A DNA stretch of 64,000 bases from contig JAHLWZ010000187.1 in NCBI GenBank assembly GCA_020536535.1, positions 62,001 to 126,000 on the forward strand, written 5' to 3'. Below, in pieces: positions 36,312 through 48,680 of the stretch. Position 1 is the first letter of the stretch. Each line of letters begins with the position of its first letter. The position numbers were made by a program, and so were the translations under genes. Below the pieces are notes generated by a model, which saw only the letters and a list, made by a program, of their open reading frames with translations, was not told the origin of the DNA and searched no databases. Origin of the DNA: Pelomyxa schiedti (Eukaryota; Protista; Evosea).

Positions 36312-39300
36312 CTATAACTGACACACCTCGTCGAAGTTTGTACTCTGATCCGCTTCGGTGGTGTTCAGATTACACTGAGAGACAATCGCCCGTCTAAAGT
36401 CAGTGTTCTGCAACTTGGCCCCCTCAAAACTAACATGTCTCAGTTTTGCATTGCAAAAAGAAGACCGCCACAGGGTGCTGTTGTTAAAATAAACATCGGT
36501 TAGTGTCGCCCCTGTGAAATTGCAGTCACTGAGGTCAGCGCCCGTGAAATTTGTGTATTGCAGATCTACGTTCTCCATGTTCACACCCCTCAGAATGGCA
36601 AAGGACAGTCGAGCTGGTCCAGAACCTGAAATTGTCGCTTTATCGAGGTGCGCTCGTTCCAAGTTCACATTGTACCATGTACAGTTAGAAAAACTGACAC
36701 CTTCTAGGTGACCTTCCTGAAGATCTACGTTTTCTAAGCGTACTCCATGGAATCTTGCTCCCTTCAGCTGTACGAGTCGGATGTTGTGGAGATGACCACC
36801 TGTCAAGGTAGCTTCCTCAAGAATTGCCTATTAGGCAGATAAGTCCTTGCGAGATAGTTCACACACAAACCATGTCCAGGTTGGCCCCAATGAGTCCATC
36901 TCCAGTAAGGGAAGTCTTTGAGAGATCACAGCCAGTCAACTGTGCTTTCTGAAGCTGGGCATTGTCGAGCTGGGCACCCTTCAGGCGAGTTGTACGGAGG
37001 TCAACTTCAGATAATAAAGCTCCAGTAAGGCAGCAACCTTCAAGATTCACATTTATAAGTGTTGAACCTTTGTCAAATTGTGCCCCCGCGAGATTTGAAC
37101 CATGTAGGTCCACTGATTCAAGACGTGTTTGGCACAAGTTTGCACCCTCAAGTACCGTGGGCCTTCGTTGACTTTGCCCAACCAATAAAGCACGGGTAAG
37201 GGTGGCACCAGAAAAATTGACTTGATGAAAATCGACACCAATCAAGTTAGCTTCTGTGAGATTGGCCCCACTAAAATTAGCAGGACATATTGGGTCCTTT
37301 GTAGGACTTTTTCTCCCCTGACAATCTATTTCTGGTGATGCACATGCATAAGATAAATCCACTTTGGACATGTTGGCACCAGAGAAGTCTACTTTATGTA
37401 GTGTGCTGCCTGAGAAATTCTTTTGTGTGAGGTCCTTGCCCACCCAGGTGATTTCTTCCTGTTTGACCCCTACAAGTGGGCATTCAACCATTTTCGTCAG
37501 AAGGTCATTCCCTTTGATTACAGCTCCTGCAAGATTACACTGGTGTAGCTTCGTTTTTTTAGAGAGAATTGTATCTGACATCACCACTGACTGCAGGTTT
37601 GTATGTGCCATTTCAGTCCCAGATAAGTCTGCACCGGTCATATCTGCTCCTGATAAGTCACATTCCAGGAAAGCGGAATGTGACATATTTGCATGGGAAA
37701 AGTTGGCTGACTTTAAAGAGCATTTCCTGAAAGCTACGTGAGTACAATCATCCTCAAAGACCACGGGATCCAGGTCACATTGTTCAAAAGAAGAGTGGAA
37801 CATCGAGCAACTGGACAGCTTCGTAATATGAAATCTTTTTACCAACGTAAATGAAATGTCACTGTGATCAAATATTAGCGTTGAGATGGGTTTTTGGGGT
37901 GAGGACCAACCCCACTGGGAAGGCCTTTCAGGTGCTTGCAAGAGTAATCCGCGAAGACAAGATGAAGAAAATGAGCAATCTAAAGTGGATTGAAAAGTGG
38001 TGCACAGGAAGTCACATTTGAAAAATTTGCTCCCGTCAATATTAAGTCCTGAGCATTCATTGAGGTCGCTTTCCTCCACTGTACAATCATTAATGAGAAA
38101 CTTCTCAATGTGATTGCTTTGAAACTTGGTTCCTGTGACGGAACATGATTTCAGTAATAAAGTAGCTTGTGCAGGAAGCGAAGAAAAGTCAACATTTTTC
38201 ATTACACAGTTGGAAAAAGACAGTGCTGTTGGTACCCTTTCAATGAGAAGGGCTTCTATGTTGCACCCAGTGAAGGAACAGTTCTGTAAGGTGCAATAAA
38301 CGTCTTTTAACTGTACATTGGTGAAAGAGCAGTTTTGGAAGGTCCAATAGCGGTCTTTGAACTGTATATCAGAAAATTGTGAATCCCTGAATTCTGAGGA
38401 CTTGCAAGCAATAGTCTCAAACCCTCTTACAGCCGCCATGGTAACTCCAGTCCAAGTGATACCTGATACAGTTGATAAAACAAACCACTATAATGCAAGA
38501 GACCTGCTGCTTGATTGTCTGGGAAATGACAGGAAGTAAAGTCAGCTCCTGTGAAGTCAGCGTTATCAAACACACACGATATGGCAGGCATCACTGAAAA
38601 AATTGTTCCCCTAAATTTGCAGGATGTGAAGTTTGTATGCATCATGACCAGGCCTGTCCAGTTCAGAAGCATTGTGAAATCGGCTTGAACGGAATTGAAA
38701 TTGACGTGAGCCACATTATTTCCTTTGACCTTAGTCAGAACAGTGCCGCCAATAAATTGCGACGAAGTGAAATCAACGCCAGTTACCATACTCTCTGAGA
38801 AGCACGTTTCATTGAAGATGCAAGCACGCATCTGTGCTTTGCTGAGATCTGCCTGCGTGAAATCGGCAGCCTGGAATTTTGAGGAGCTGAAGTTGACGCC
38901 TGAGGCAGCAACTCCAAGGAAGCAAACTCGATCAAATTCACATTCAGACAAGATGCACCCCGAGAGGTCCAATCGTGTCAAATCAACGGCAGAAAATTTC
39001 GCTCCAGAAAAATCAACACCTCTCACTTCAGCCTCAGTGAAACACCCTCTATTTATTTGGCAACTTCTCATAGTAACGCCTTTTAGGTCTGCTCTACTCA
39101 AATCACAGTCTGTGATTGGATGAGTGAAATCACTTAAATTGTACTACCTACCACTGAAAGACGTTCCTGTGAATACGGTACTGTGGAATTTAAAGTGTGT
39201 CATATCTGTTTGAAAACTGGATTGGGAAAACTGGCAGGAGGTGATTGTAAAAAGTTCTTGCACATGGCATGCTTCAAAAGAGGAGGTAGTAATGGAAGAG

Positions 39301-40204
39301 TTTAACAGTGATGTGTTCGAGAGAGCTGAGCCAATAAAGGTGCAACTGTTCATGGAAGCATCAGTAAATGCACAACCAGAGAAATCAGACTTGGCAAGAT
39401 TGCAATTTGTCAGACAAGTGTGTGAGAACGTACAACCTGAAAGACATCAAAAGTTTGCGTTTTAGGAAGTTTGAAACCTGAGAAGTTACACCCCGAGAGA
39501 TTACAGGATTTAAAAGAACATCCAGAGAGATCAGAAGATGAAAGAATAGCCTTTTTAAAACTCACTTGGCAGAAAGAGAGATTGCTCAAATTTGTATGAG
39601 GTAGCCAAATTTCAGAGAGAGAGGACAGAGAAGCTGCCTTAAACAAAATGATTTTGTGCAATTTCTCAAAATTGAAGGTTACTTTAACCATTTGTCTCAT
39701 TTGAGTTTCAGATAGATCAGGCTCGATCATTTCTGATGGGTCAACATATAAGGCCCTGGCACACTGTATTATGCTCTGCCGGTGTTTTTTTGATTGGAAA
39801 GGTGGCTTCCCAGAAACTTTTTCCTACATTATAGTAAGTACTGAGCAACTCAGATTTACAGGTAACATACCCCCTTGGTTACAAATTGAACGATTGCACA
39901 TCCCTCTCTTGATGTCATCCCTTGCAAAATAATTGCCCCGGTCTTAGCGTCAGTCTCTCCTATCATTTTTTGCCACGATAAGTGGGGGGGGAACAAAAAG
40001 CGAAAATGGAACAAAGGGAAACGCACCGGGAGTCGCTCCCGGGGCAAACATCCTCGTGAAGAAAGTGTCTGTTCCGCCGGCAACGGGGTGCAACAACGCA
40101 TCCTTGTTTACTCGTATAAAATCGTTCTCGATTTTAAACAACACAGTATCTGAGAGCTCAGAGGCCGGCGCAGAGTTACTGGTGGTAGCCCCCGCCGAAG
40201 ACAT
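36312..40204 (-). CDS. BTB/POZ (KCTD-type) + very long pentapeptide-repeat protein (KCTD9-like architecture)
   Basis: N-terminal VLFKIENDFIRVNKDALL...TFFTRMF (BTB). Then A(D/N)LxxA-type repeats (ADLSGC, ADFTQADLSKA, ANLTEANL, ADLSDCNFTGATL). Frame breaks are explained by 41-43-nt GT-AG introns. Confidence 0.85.
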
Positions 40205-40277
40205 TTTTTTTCCCAAACTTTTTTGCCACACCTTTCAGTCGCGTAACTTCGGAACTTCAACGATTAGAAATAGCCTG

Positions 40278-41162
40278 ATGGCGGACGTCACGTCGACCGT
40301 GGTGTCGCAGATGGAGTTGGCGGCGAGCGAACTGGACAAATTGGTGAACTTATGGGACGCCGTGATGAAGCGCACGGCGGACCCGACGTCGCTACTGAGG
40401 CGCAGCCACGTGCCGATGTCCCAGCTCGGCCGCAACGTTATCGCGACCCATAATAGCAACACCGGTCCCACCGCCGCGGCCCCGACGGAAGATGGCGGTA
40501 GCGGAATCAGGGAGGAAGCCGCGGAAGACGCAGGCGTTGGAGGGGCGGGGAAAAACAAAGTTATGGGAGTGGCGGAAGTAAGGGGCCGTGTGGCCGTAAT
40601 GGAGGCCGCGATGTCTCGTATTACTTTGGAATTGTAGGGTGTTGTATTTATTCTCTTGTCTCTAAACTGTAATGGCACCTTTTTTTTTCCCTCCCATAAC
40701 TTTTAGTTAGAGATACGCTCAAGACTGTTGTTTCTAGAATGAGAAATGCGACTGATTTTGCGTACAAAAGTTGCCTGGATTCTTGGCCCAAAGTTGGGCC
40801 GGAAGAGATGGTCAGAAGGACTCCAAGTTCACCTTCTTATATTGATGTACTTGAATCAATGCTCTATATTGCAGAGAGCTATGAAAAAGAGTGAGCACTA
40901 ATAATGCACGTAGTAGTTTTCCTTACAAGATACTGACACCAACTTCACAGATTGTATGCAAAGGAATCTGCTCTGGCGAAAATTACTGTTTACTGTTCTG
41001 AGCAATTGGAGCCATTTGTTCAGCAGTGGTTAGTTGATCAATACATAAACAAGAAAAAAGGTTACATTCTACAAAATTTTTACTTTTGTTATTAATCTTC
41101 TTTCAGTTCAAAATCTAGTGACTCGCATTGGTGCATTTACTGAGGCAGTTTCCCACAGATAA
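40278..41162 (+). CDS. C1orf109/AIRIM-like (CK2S family) coiled-coil protein
   Basis: Spliced SSPSYIDVLESMLYIAESYEKE|LYAKESALAKI...QQW resembles the family motif SPS.ADMLEWL.DI...Y....L.RK.LL as recalled. The 3' end is ambiguous. Confidence 0.5.
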
Positions 41163-41558
41163 AATCTTGTGTACAAGATTGTAAAAAAAGGGTGGGGGAT
41201 TGGATTGCATGTTTTCAATTTTGACACTTTCCTAAAGCTGAGCCACCACAAACTTCCTTCCCATCAACGAAAACCCCTTTGGCGATTTGTGTTCTTCCGA
41301 AAAAGGATTAGTCTTCATGAATGGGGTTGTTTTTTTAACAATCTTTGACAATCAGAACTACAACCTTCCAAGTAGAGAGGGCAGGACATTTTCCCTTGAT
41401 TGATTTCCACGCCAATACGAGAATGAATCCCGGGATTGTTTGCAAATTTAGACAAGAACAAATTCCCTTCTTTCCAGGATTTCGCACTTGGTTTTGGTTT
41501 ATAAAGCGCTAACCTCAAACCATAAATGCATAGAAAAGAAATAAAATAGACAACCCCT

Positions 41559-43330
41559 ATGGACAAAGTAAAAAAAAAAAAAAACCATTCGCCTTGCGCG
41601 ATAATTATTCATTGTCGTTAACGTAATTCTCGCTCTCCCTGTTCTGTTCTTGTTGTTATCGTCGTTGTAGCAGGCAGAACGGGGAGACCTCACACCCAAG
41701 TTGTCGTCTATACATATCGCCACCACCGTGAATGCGCGAACTCCGGAGCCCAGGCCTACCACTCCTCTCCACGCTCCGTACCCGTACCGCCCCAGAAGGT
41801 CTCCGCAGCTGTCGGCCAACCACTACGTCGTAGCCCAGGCCCAGGCCCAGGCGCCGGGCCCCGACTTCGAAGCCGTCCCGAAGTACGCCAACCCGCCGTG
41901 TACGCGCCACGTAGTGCTGGACGAGACGTCGCAGGATTCTTCTTCCGACCCGTCGTCCTTTTATCTTTCCAGTACTTCTTCCCCTGCTATTACCGCTCTG
42001 CCTCCGCCGCCGTCGCCGAATACTACTACCACGACCCCTGCGTTCTGGTTCGAGCAGTTCGCCAGCGCATTTCAAAATGCCCGACGCGTCCCGCCCCCGC
42101 CGCCGCCGACTCCTCCCCCCGTGCTCGTCAAAACGTGCGAATTCGCCGACATGCCCGAACAAGTACAGCTTACCGTGCTGGCGTGTTTGCCTGTGTCGAG
42201 CCTGTGCCGCAGTGCCCGAGTCTGCAGGCGGTGGAAAAGAATGGTCGATGGCATCTTGATTTCTCCTGACTTCTGGTGGCAGTATCAGTACATCGTGGCT
42301 TTGAGAAGAGAGGTGAGTTTCCCTGAGATTGTTGGTTCTATTTTTTTTTTTTTTTTTAATTCCATATGCAGTTCACTTGGTTCCAGAAACATCCGTTTAA
42401 TTACTTTGCTCGCCATGTGGCACTCAATTCAACAAACAGAGCCATCTTGGTATCTTTTTCCAACTCTCACTTCAACTTGTATAACCTCTTGATAGGTGGA
42501 ATGGTTGTTTGAAGTGGCGTCGGACTTCCGTATAGGGGATCTGACTGCTTTCACTACCGTGGCTCTGTTGGATGGCTACCTTTCTTTGTCGCGCCGGCAA
42601 GAACCAACAAACAAGTTCCAGCTGATTGGAGCTACTTGCCTCTTTACTGCTTACAAAGCTGTTGCCACATACGATTCCAGTATTGTTAATGCTGAAGCTC
42701 TATCACAAATATCTAGCTCTGTCTTCAAACGTGAGGAGGTAGTCCATTCTTACATCCTCCTTCTTTTCTCATCCTGGGCAGTTAATTCAATCGGAAACAA
42801 ATGTCCTAAGGACACTGGAGTATGACCTTCTTGCACCAAGTAGCTTCTCCTTTCTCGAAATGCTGATGTCACTTCCGTCATTGCAACCCTGTTTCGAAGT
42901 GAAACATTTAACTGAGCTAACCCTGGTAGCCTCTTTAGTGAAAAATCCTTTTCTCACTAACTTGTTCCTAGTGCTATTTGGAACTTTCAGCATTGAAGTT
43001 TGGGCTGCAGGGTTATAAACCATCCCTGCTGTGTGTTGCAGCAATTGTACTGGCAGCCGAGACACTGGGAAAGCCAATTTGGGTAAGCTGTGTTACAGAA
43101 GGGAAGTTTTACCCACTAACTGTAAATAACAGAACAACTTGGAACAGTTTATGCCAATTTACACGGAAAAAGAAAAGCAAAGGATTGCAGCCTGCATGTC
43201 AATAATGCAAGGTCACATCTTGGAGATGAAGGATCCACCAAAAAAATCCAGGCTCAGAGGCAGCACTGTACTGAAATTTGTTTCTATTTACCGTGATCCA
43301 GTGCTGCCTTTCTCTGTGTTCCGACTTTAG
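41559..43330 (+). CDS. F-box + cyclin-box fusion protein (cyclin F-like architecture)
   Basis: F-box MPEQVQLTVLACLPVSSLCRSARVCRRWKRMV. Cyclin_N NRAIL|VEWLFEV...TVALLDGYL...FQLIGATCLFTAYK...ETNVLRTLEYDL. Cyclin_C YKPSLLCVAAIVLA. Micro first exon MDK at 41559. Confidence 0.85.
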
Positions 43331-43769
43331 TGGAACAGGACAACAATTCCACTGTTGTGGGTTTGTTGTTATACCCGCATCCTCTGGATGCCAGGGACAA
43401 ACACCCTTTGACTGACTGTATTAGATAAAACCAAAAAAACCACCAAACACAAAACAGAAAAAACCAAAGACAACAAAAAACCGAAAAAAACAAAACAAAT
43501 TAAAAAAGAGCCAGTAACAATGCAAAAACATTGTTATTGTTGTATCCTATACATTTGTTTTTCTCTTTCTTCCAAACACACCACTGGTACACCCCTTTGA
43601 GTGAGTCAACACAACATTCACACCACAAGCAGTAAGTATTTTTGACAGACGCAAGATACTATGGGACCCACAGCCCATCTTCAGCAGCGCGATAGGCAAC
43701 AGCAAACGGCAAAGCCACCAACCAACAAGGTGCTATTGTTGACGGTAGCGATGCCGATGCTGATGCTTA

Positions 43770-44210
43770 TCACGACGACGAAGACGGCTGAGGCAGTTCG
43801 CCACCCGCGTCGCCCGAGCCCAGCTGCCGATGGTTGTTGTGATTGTTGTGTGTGTGATTGTTGTTGTTGTTGCTGCTGCTGCTGCTGCTGTGGTCGCAGT
43901 CCGAGTCGTCGTCGTCGTCGCTGCTGGTGTCGCTGTCGCTGCTGCTGCTCTCGTCGTACCGCCGTGGCTTGTGGTAGATGCAGCACTTCTTGGAGCTCTT
44001 CCTCCCAAGGAACTCGTTGTCGACCACCGACTCGTCCCACGTGACGTGGTTTTGGCAGTCGCGGCCGGCCTCCGCCGTTGGCGCGCCGTCCTCCTGCACC
44101 CTCAGCCTCAGGGTCACCGTCCGCACCGCCGTGGGGGCGGCGTCCTCGTCCTCGGTCTCCGTGACGCTGCTGCCGCCCGCACACACCACAGCCGTCGCCG
44201 TGCCACTCAT
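43770..44210 (-). CDS. PPP1R11: Protein phosphatase 1 inhibitor-3 (Ypi1/PPP1R11), intronless
   Basis: [29 protein letters not shown] signature followed by an acidic Ser/Asp tract. Confidence 0.9.
   Translation of the reverse strand: MSGTATAVVCAGGSSVTETEDEDAAPTAVRTVTLRLRVQEDGAPTAEAGRDCQNHVTWDESVVDNEFLGRKSSKKCCIYHKPRRYDESSSSDSDTSSDDDDDSDCDHSSSSSSNNNNNHTHNNHNNHRQLGSGDAGGELPQPSSSS
43833..43949. repeat. Compound trinucleotide repeats (TGT/TGC/TCG) encoding Ser/Asp/Asn/His runs of inhibitor-3
   Basis: Seen directly. These repeats also generate several spurious overlapping ORFs. Confidence 0.9.
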
Positions 44211-44295
44211 GGAATTGATGATGGGACTTAGGTGAAGCCGTGCTTGAGTGATGACGTTTCTGCAGCGAAAATCTCATTTTTTTTGAAATTAACAA

Positions 44296-44939
44296 ATGGC
44301 AACAGTGGCACTGGGGAATAGACTGAGCGGGTGTGTGTGTTTGTTTGACGTTTGTATGGGTGTTGTTGGTGTGTGTTGATGTTGTATTAGATGTGGAACT
44401 TGGATTGTGGTAGGTGCTTCACAGGACACGTCCAAGTTCGGCAACAGAATTTTCAAGGAGCTGGTGCTTAACCATAGGCGCGTTTTTGGCGTATGTTATC
44501 GTTATGCACCTGTCACAATGAACTTTCATTTGTGTTGGCTTTGGTATTTGCTATGGAGACTCCTAAGATTTACAACGACTCTTCAGATTAATGCACGAGG
44601 AGGGAGCATTGATGGTGTCAATTTGCACACATCATTGGAACAACTGGTCCACTCACCAGAGTTCACAACAGTCTGCTCACCACCCTTTGACGACGTGGTT
44701 GTAGATGTGGTTGTTCCACCAAAGGTGACTGAAGATATTGTAAAGCAAGCAGTCGGGTACAGTTCTTCCATTCCCTCGCCGATATTCTAATGTTTTTTTT
44801 TTACAGGCTTGGTCTCAAGAACATATGGATGCAACCAGGATCAGAGAGTGAAGAGGCTATGAACTGGGCAGAACTAAACCAAGCTGCAGTTGTGCACCAT
44901 GACTGTATCATGAAACACCTTCCAACTCACAAGAGCTAG
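44296..44939 (+). CDS. YccU-like stand-alone CoA-binding (Rossmann) protein, 3 introns
   Basis: Spliced: WIVVGASQDTSKFGNRIFKEL...VFG|INARGGSIDG...VDVVVPPKVTEDIVKQAVG|LGLKNIWMQPGSESEEAMNWAELNQAAVVHHDCIM. Introns about 44331-44390, 44491-44587 and 44757-44806. Confidence 0.85.
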
Positions 44940-45128
44940 CTGCAGTAAAAAAAACAAGAGAACTTATTGTATTTCCAAACAAATTCTACCATTGATTTGG
45001 GTTTTTGACTCAATGACCTGCATCAATCATCAGGTGGAGAACCATTGTCCTCCCGTGAGTTTGAAGGTGTAGTAGAGCTTGTTGTAGTAGTTGTTGTGGT
45101 TGGTGCATCCTGTGATTCAGTGATGCTC

Positions 45129-48100
45129 TCAAGAAGCTGTGTTGTTGGGTTTGGGGGAGAGGACAAGCTAAATTTGGGGCTACAAACGGAGATAGGGGAA
45201 AGATAGATACCTTGTCCAAGTCCTCCTCGTCTGTATCATCTTTGACTGGAGGTGGTATGTTAGTGTCTTCAGCTGGTTTATTGGCACTCTCTTCAATCTG
45301 TAAAATGTGGTGAGGTCACTTGGACATTTTGAGACATTGATACTTGTTGCTCTGTGAAACGTTTTCTCTTACGCTTGGGTTTATCAAGCTCCTCGTCCGA
45401 CTGCAAGAGGTACATGAGAATTAGTTACTCAATACCACTATTTTTGGGAAAGTACAAAATATTGTGCATTGTCTGTTTCTCCATTACTGACTCCTGTCAT
45501 CATTCTTCTCTCGGCCCTTGATGGCCAAAACAATACCTGCTGTTAGTCAGTCTCAGGATGGAAAAGGATCGAAAACCTTCAAGTACAAAATGGGGTTTTC
45601 CTTTGCAAGAGCAAAGAAGGAGCTTGACACGAGAGTGATGAATTGCTCCAAGTCTTTTTGTTCAGGGGTAGCTTCTCCAGACATAGTTGTGAAAGTATCC
45701 ATTATATCAGCAAACACCCGGAAAATGGACAACTAGAAGAATTTTAGATGCTCGAATTCAAAACAAAAAAACAACCTTATAGAAAAGTGCAATGCCACCT
45801 TCAGCTTTGAGTGAAGCCAACCGTCTAAAAAATCTTGTAACTCGAGAAATGGTTTCCCACGAAACACCGGGGGACTGCAGTAGCATGCAATAGGTACTAA
45901 TATTATTGTTCGATCCAATTTCAGAGAGATAAGTTTCGTACTGGGCCAGATAAGTGCGAACAAACAAACAAACAAAAGGTACTTTGTACAAGCGATCATA
46001 TTCTATCTTAGAACTTTCTGGGTCAGAGACAGGTAATTCTGCGTCTGCATCGTTTTCACTAGGTTTTTTAGTTGTCCCTAAAAAACCTTTACTGAGAGAA
46101 ACTATAATAATGTGTATGGGCTAACTTCGTTTCTTTGGCTTTTTGGCCTTGAGTACAAGCATATGCATGGATGACAACGAGTGAAGGAGTTCAAGGAGTA
46201 CATCAACTGCCACAGTAACATTTTCTAGGTAACTACTGGGAATCAGTGGAGTAAGGGATCTAGTATTCAACCTTAGATAGTGCTTAGAGGAGTCAAATCG
46301 AGAAAGAAGCTGTTTAATTCTATCCAGAATAATATCTTTCTCATGGAAAAGTTTTAGTTGCATGCGCAAGCTCAAATTGTTGTGCATGTCGTCACCATGT
46401 GAGGACATGAGTTGAAGTAAAGCAAGCTGAATAATGTAAGAAAAGTACAATAGGAAGTACAAAATTGGTACTGTATAAGCTAAAGCACCAGTAGCGTTTG
46501 TCAGGATAGTTTCCGAGGACTCCGCACCTATAAAGCAGTTCTCGAGTTTGGTACTTAGCCAAATGAACGTCTCTAAAAGGAGATTGAAAGATACTACATC
46601 ACATTGGAACTTGTTTTCCTGGGGACTGATCAGTTACCGCTAAACAAGCTGGGGAACTCACACCACTTTTATGTGCATAATACCAAATTCCAGAGGAAAT
46701 TTCAATGGCCCGTATGAAATTTGAAACATCCAGAGGGCGATGAGCCTCAATTGAGGAAAGGCCAGGCCAAATTGTTCTCATCATCTCTTTTCCTCAGATT
46801 AAGCATTCAAATGGGAGATTGCACATACTATCATAGGCAGCTTCAATAAAATCTATTCCAAACTGCCATAACAGCTGTTTCGTTGCTGTAGATGAGGGAA
46901 TAAGATCAGCTTGCATACTCAATGCAGAAAATCCTCCTTTTGTGGGTCGGTTTGAAACTCCGGCACTGACTCGGCGTTTCCATATAGCCGGGGACCCACG
47001 CTGGTAGTTTGTTACTGTCGTAACAGGAAGCCTAATATTTGGTGCACCAGAGGATACATTGTGGGTGACAAAAAATGTACCCATCTGGAACAGTTCTAAG
47101 TCTGGGCAAAGAAAGGAAGTCTTGGGTACCTGTTCAACCAAAAAGGCAGCATTCCTCCTGGCAAATAAAGGGCGAACTGAAGATGTGTTTAAGGTTGGCT
47201 CGGAGGAGGATGAATGTTGAAGAAGAGGTGGCATTGATTTGGGCATAGATTTCCGCCCGGCCTTAAAGAAAATGGGAATGTTAAAAAAAAAAAAAGACAG
47301 GACAATGGTACCTGCACTCGACAAGAATAAAGTCCTTGCATTGTTTCTTTATGAAAGAGAAGGCAAAAAACTTCTAAAATCGCTCGTAACCAAGATCTAC
47401 AGGGGTTATTTATACTTCAAACTCCCAAAGCACAAACATGTCAACAAGGAATGATTGAGTAATAAGTATCAATGTCTCAAAGAAAAAATGTTCTTTTAGA
47501 AGTCCAAGTAGAGCGTCATGCCCTCTATTCTTGGTAAGCAATGCTAAGGGAAATGGTTAAATACCCTGAACCACTTGATCTTGTTGGTACATCAGCAATT
47601 AAAAGGATGTTGCGTACAAGAACCAGGCATACTTCAACCAAGTTTTTATCAAATGGGGACTCCTCACTCCTTGGAAGTGTGAAACAACTGTTGCGTGCTA
47701 AACCGTAGGTGTAACTGGTATGATAATCGAGCAAAAGCTTCTATCAAGCTCCGACAAACTATTTCTACTGCTCCCGACTCTGTTCATGCACTGCCATTAA
47801 GAATATGACGGTTACGTGAGAGGACCAAGACAAAGAAGAAGAGTTTCTCATGGAGAGAGGGAGGAGTCCAAACAATGAAGATGTGTCACACCTCTAGCCA
47901 CAAAAAACTGCTTGATAGCACGAAGGTTCTCCAGGAGTTCTTGCCGGTAAGAAACAGTAGCATCAAGTGGTGCAGTTATGGCGACCACAATCTTGCCTGT
48001 ATTCAGTCAAAATTTGTAATGTGATCATCCAACAACACAATCAATGCCAAAGAACTGAATAGTTGACTCCAACTGACAAGCACATGTTGGGAAAAAAAAA

Positions 48101-48454
48101 AAGCCACCCACAAGTCCAAAAAGCAATCTCAGAGTTTTTCATGTTGGCCTGCAAAACAGGAATGAAGTGCGTTTCAACTGCTCGCATGTTTCCCAACACC
48201 CTGGCCACATCATAAGTGCGTGATCCATGAATAAACTCTTCCTCGAGCATTTCACTCAATCCCTTCAGTTTCTCTGTTGAGATTGTTTTGTTCTTGTTAA
48301 TTGGCGAGTTGTGTTGCTTGGGGAAATTACCGACGCAGTTTGAAGCACAGACAAAGCGATTAGAGACATCCTTTTTGCCTAAAATATATATAAGCCGATG
48401 CGCATGAGGGGAGGGTTTCTAACCTAACGAGCTAAGCAGCTCAAGGCACAGCAT
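45129..48454 (-). CDS. TIMELESS: Timeless/Tof1/Swi1 replication-fork protection protein
   Basis: ELLSSLG|...CVEKLKGLSEML...YDVARVLGNMRAVETHFIPVL; LVLVRNILLI; IKQLLSRFDS...YLENVTVAVDVLLELL; ISTYCMLLQ...VTRFFRRLA...IALFYKV. Both ends are approximate. Confidence 0.8.
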
Positions 48455-48680
48455 CAACAAACGAATTGTTTTTCCCTCTTAAGGTTCTGAGACTGAGTGG
48501 GTTGGTCGTTGCAGATGGAAAGGAAGGACTCAGGAGTATTAATGCAAGAGTGACCAGAAAGGAATAGGGGGAGGGAGCCAGAAGTCTGGGATTTGTGCAA
48601 CAATCATTGATCTCCTTCCCAGAAGTGTGGCCACCAAATCTGAAGATCAATTTCGAACGAACAGAAAAAAAAAGGAGCAA

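Noticed and set aside
38427-38480. Apparent frameshift or pseudogene breaks in the pentapeptide gene
   Set aside because: Each break is resolved by a 41-43-nt GT-AG intron.
41315-41566. 83-aa minus-strand ORF
   Set aside because: It has no motif and lies in the promoter/intergenic region of the F-box-cyclin gene.
44583-44771. Minus-strand ORF as a possible Timeless terminal exon
   Set aside because: It is antisense to the well-supported YccU-like gene, and Timeless reaches a stop near 45130-45170.
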